This document shows, one piece after another, positions 15,406 through 18,304 of a stretch of DNA of 18,304 bases (the first letter of the stretch is position 1; each line of letters opens with the position of its first letter). A program made the translations under genes and the position numbers. The notes below the pieces were generated by a model that saw nothing but the letters and a program-made list of their open reading frames with translations, ran no database searches and had not been told where the DNA came from. Source of the DNA: an uncultured Bacteriovoracaceae bacterium (lineage in GTDB: Bacteria; Bdellovibrionota; Bacteriovoracia; Bacteriovoracales; Bacteriovoracaceae); the NCBI GenBank assembly GCA_964012805.1, contig CAXGUD010000061.1, positions 1 through 18,304 of the forward strand. The letters run 5' to 3'.

Positions 15406-18174
15406 TCAAGAGAAAGCCTTATCTACAATATCTTTTTGCTCCTTCACATGCATCGAAGCATGCCCAGTTGCCGGAGCGGCACTTTCGGGCCTTCCTACAT
15501 ATTCAAAAGATCTAAACTCCTCAAATCTTTGTAAATAAAAGTAAGCTCCCATATTCCTAGGCTCTTCTTGAACCCAAACTTTTTTAGAAACTTCATATTT
15601 TTTTAAAAGATTTGCTAATTGATTTTTTGCTATAGGATAAAGCTGTTCCATTCTAACAATAGCAACATCTTTATGTTCTTCTTTTTCTTGTCTTTCTAAT
15701 AAATCATAATAAATTTTCCCAGTACAAAAAAGAACCTTCCTGGCAGACGATGATTCATCATCATTTTCGTCGATAAACTCCCTGAAAGACTTTTCACAAA
15801 AATCCTCTATAGGAGAAACACACTTCGGATGTCTTAATAAAGATTTGGGTGAAAAATGGATAAGGGGTTTTCTAAAGTTCCAATAAAGCTGTCTTCTTAA
15901 AAGATGAAAAAAATTACCAGGAGTCGTTGTATTCGCTATAACCATGTTATCTTCGGCAGATAATTGAAGATACCTTTCCAGTCTTGCGCTGGAGTGCTCC
16001 GGACCTGCCCCTTCATGTCCATGAGGCAACAATAGGACAAGACCTGTCATTCTCCTCCATTTTTGTTCGGCAGCTGAAATAAATTGATCAATAACAATTT
16101 GAGCACCATTAGAAAAGTCACCAAACTGGGCTTCCCAAATTGTTAATCCATGAGGTGTGCCCTGAGAGTAGCCATATTCGTAAGCAAGAACAGCATACTC
16201 TGATAAAAGAGAATTAAATATTTGAATCATTCCTTGATTTTCATGAATATTTTCTAACCCGCAATAAGCTGTATTCGTATATTCATCAAAGACTTTAGCA
16301 TGGCGATGGGAGAAAGTTCCTCTAATAACATCTTGACCTGTAAAGCGGATATGTTTCCCTTCATTTAGAAGAGTCCCGTAAGCAAAATTTTCTGCCAAAG
16401 CCCAGTCGATAGCATTATTTTTGAACTTCTTTTCTCTATCTTTTAAAATCCTTTCAGCTTTCTTTAAAAGTTTAAAATCTTCTGGAACAGAAGTAACCGC
16501 GTTTAATATATTCTCTAATACATCTTTCGATACGGAAGTATTTGGAGATTGTTCAAAGTCGTTTTTTTTAGACCAAGTTAGATTTAACCATTCTTTATGT
16601 GGTCCCTGTTTTGGAGCCGGTATTTCGTCCTGTTTAATATTGTTAAATCTATCTGAAAGTAACTTTTTAAATTCTACTTCCATCCCCTTCACAAGTTCTT
16701 CCTCAATTTTCCCATAACGCAGGAGTTTTTTTACATAAACTTCCCTAGGGTTTTCAGCTTTTGCAATAAGTCCATACAGATGTGGTTGAGTAAACTTAGG
16801 TTCATCACCTTCATTGTGTCCATACTTCCTATAACAGACCATATCGATAAAAACATCCTGTTTGAATTTTTGTCTGTATTCTACGGCTAACTCACACGCA
16901 AAAACCACAGCATCAGCATCATCGCCATTCACATGAATAATAGGACAATCAACTGTTTTAGCGACACTCGTACAATAATCAGAGCTTCTTCCATCAGTAA
17001 AATCGGTTGTAAAACCTATTTGGTTATTAATAACAAAATGAATTGTTCCTCCAACACCATAAGCTTTCAATTTCGACATTTGAAGGCTCTCATAAACAAT
17101 ACCTTGGCCAGCAACAGCAGCATCCCCGTGAATTACCACAGGAAGGATTTTCGCCATATTACCAAAATAGACAAGATCACCTTGTGCCCTATTATATCCT
17201 TGAACAACAGACCCAACGGTTTCTAAATGTGAGGGATTGGCCATTATTTTTAAATATATTTTTTGGCCATTCGTAGTTTCTGTTACAGCTGTGTAACCTT
17301 TGTGGTACTTAACATCTCCTGACCCAGCTAACTCGTCAGTCGATTCAATTCCCTCAAATTCACTAAAGATATATTCATAGGTTTTTCCCAGAATATTGGC
17401 CAAGACATTAAGTCTTCCTCTATGGGCCATACCAATAACAACTTCTTTTCCCCCTAATTCAGAAAACCTGTTAATTATTGAATCAAGAGCAGGTATCGTA
17501 TTTTCACCTCCCTCAAGAGAAAAGCGTTTTTGACCTACATATTTTGTTTGAAGGAAGTTTTCAAAAACAGTTGCTTCATTTAGTTTTTGAAGAATTCTTT
17601 TTCTTTTTTCAGGTGCATGATCGAAAGTTGTTGAACCTTCTTCAAATTTCTTTCTTATCCATCTTCTAACTTCTGTATCATTTATATGCCAAAATTCAAT
17701 TCCAATCTTTTTACAGTAGGAATCGGTCATAAAACGTAGGATGTCCTTTAATGGAGAAGGTCCTCCCATTCCAACAAAGTCACCACATAAAAATTCTTTA
17801 TTTAAATCTTCATCCGTTAAATCATACTCCGATAAAGATATATGAGCATGCCTATCCTTCCTTTTTCTAATTGGGTTTGTGTCACTTAAAAGATGCCCTC
17901 TCATTCTATAAGACTGAATAATACGAAAAACATTAAACTCCTTTCGGAGCTCATTTTCTGTAAAATCCATCTTTCCATTTGAGCTAGAAGCAATGACAGG
18001 TTCACCATTTTTATTTGTGGTACCACCAGACTTTAACCCAAACTCAAAACCATCAAAAAACTGCTTCCATGAATCATCGATAGATTGTGGATCGTCTTTA
18101 AATTTTTGGTATAGCTCATCTACAAAATTATTGTCTGAAGAAGAAAGATGTGAAATATCCTCTCTCGATGCCAT
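15406..18174 (-). CDS. sucA: 2-oxoglutarate dehydrogenase E1
   Basis: KRFSLEG, GMAHRGRLN, GDVKYH, NPSHLE, ThDP motif HGDAA..GQG...NN, WEAQFGDF, EHSSARLER. Confidence 0.98.
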   Translation of the reverse strand: MASREDISHLSSSDNNFVDELYQKFKDDPQSIDDSWKQFFDGFEFGLKSGGTTNKNGEPVIASSSNGKMDFTENELRKEFNVFRIIQSYRMRGHLLSDTNPIRKRKDRHAHISLSEYDLTDEDLNKEFLCGDFVGMGGPSPLKDILRFMTDSYCKKIGIEFWHINDTEVRRWIRKKFEEGSTTFDHAPEKRKRILQKLNEATVFENFLQTKYVGQKRFSLEGGENTIPALDSIINRFSELGGKEVVIGMAHRGRLNVLANILGKTYEYIFSEFEGIESTDELAGSGDVKYHKGYTAVTETTNGQKIYLKIMANPSHLETVGSVVQGYNRAQGDLVYFGNMAKILPVVIHGDAAVAGQGIVYESLQMSKLKAYGVGGTIHFVINNQIGFTTDFTDGRSSDYCTSVAKTVDCPIIHVNGDDADAVVFACELAVEYRQKFKQDVFIDMVCYRKYGHNEGDEPKFTQPHLYGLIAKAENPREVYVKKLLRYGKIEEELVKGMEVEFKKLLSDRFNNIKQDEIPAPKQGPHKEWLNLTWSKKNDFEQSPNTSVSKDVLENILNAVTSVPEDFKLLKKAERILKDREKKFKNNAIDWALAENFAYGTLLNEGKHIRFTGQDVIRGTFSHRHAKVFDEYTNTAYCGLENIHENQGMIQIFNSLLSEYAVLAYEYGYSQGTPHGLTIWEAQFGDFSNGAQIVIDQFISAAEQKWRRMTGLVLLLPHGHEGAGPEHSSARLERYLQLSAEDNMVIANTTTPGNFFHLLRRQLYWNFRKPLIHFSPKSLLRHPKCVSPIEDFCEKSFREFIDENDDESSSARKVLFCTGKIYYDLLERQEKEEHKDVAIVRMEQLYPIAKNQLANLLKKYEVSKKVWVQEEPRNMGAYFYLQRFEEFRSFEYVGRPESAAPATGHASMHVKEQKDIVDKAFS

Positions 18175-18239
18175 ATTTATATACCTTATCTTTTAAATGC
18201 TATCTCTTATAAAAAAATATCCGTATTATTTTATCATGA

Positions 18240-18268
18240 AAGATAATTCTATCTGTTGATGTGGTCAA
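18240..18268 (-). promoter_or_regulatory. Putative sigma70 promoter of the sucA-sucB-lpdA operon
   Basis: TTGACC (18263-18268), 17-nt spacer, TATCTT (18240-18245), about 65 nt upstream of sucA. Confidence 0.5.
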
Positions 18269-18304
18269 GTTTTCCGACAAATAATCCTTAAACACTGAGG
18301 ATCT

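Noticed and set aside
7143..18196. Short antisense or nested ORFs (7143, 10265, 11766, 12365, 13859, 14349, 14607, 15347, 16421, 16933, 17043, 17478, 17993)
   Set aside because: Shadow ORFs overlapping well-supported genes, with no independent support.
1..18304. CRISPR arrays, IS elements, prophage or defence genes
   Set aside because: No repeat-spacer periodicity and no transposase, integrase or defence-type ORFs seen.

Overview
AT-rich bacterial chromosomal window, mostly housekeeping genes on the minus strand: sucA-sucB-lpdA, a membrane-anchored lytic transglycosylase, cmk, a GT9 heptosyltransferase, a heptose-7-phosphate kinase (HldE domain I), a DUF4416 protein and pheS-pheT. A plus-strand pair encodes a YyaL/DUF255 protein and a degenerate family III CoA-transferase. 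The proteins look to me like a Bdellovibrionota (Bacteriovorax/Halobacteriovorax-like) organism; this is unverified. The left end holds a canonical rRNA-operon promoter (UP element, TTGACC-17-TATTAT), a boxB-like hairpin, boxA and a leader that appears to run into a 16S gene just outside the window. The most interesting part is the ~740-nt gap between DUF4416 and pheS. It looks like an independent ~620-nt minus-strand transcription unit (sigma70-type promoter at 4686-4714, strong intrinsic terminator at 4057-4090) with no long ORF. It contains a variant c-di-GMP-I (GEMM-I)-like aptamer, a second degenerate GEMM-like domain upstream, an internal hairpin/U-tract, repeated SD-like motifs and two tiny overlapping ORFs. 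It is a candidate stand-alone riboswitch RNA (merRNA-like) or a riboswitch-controlled micropeptide. All RNA structures were paired by eye; no searches were run.
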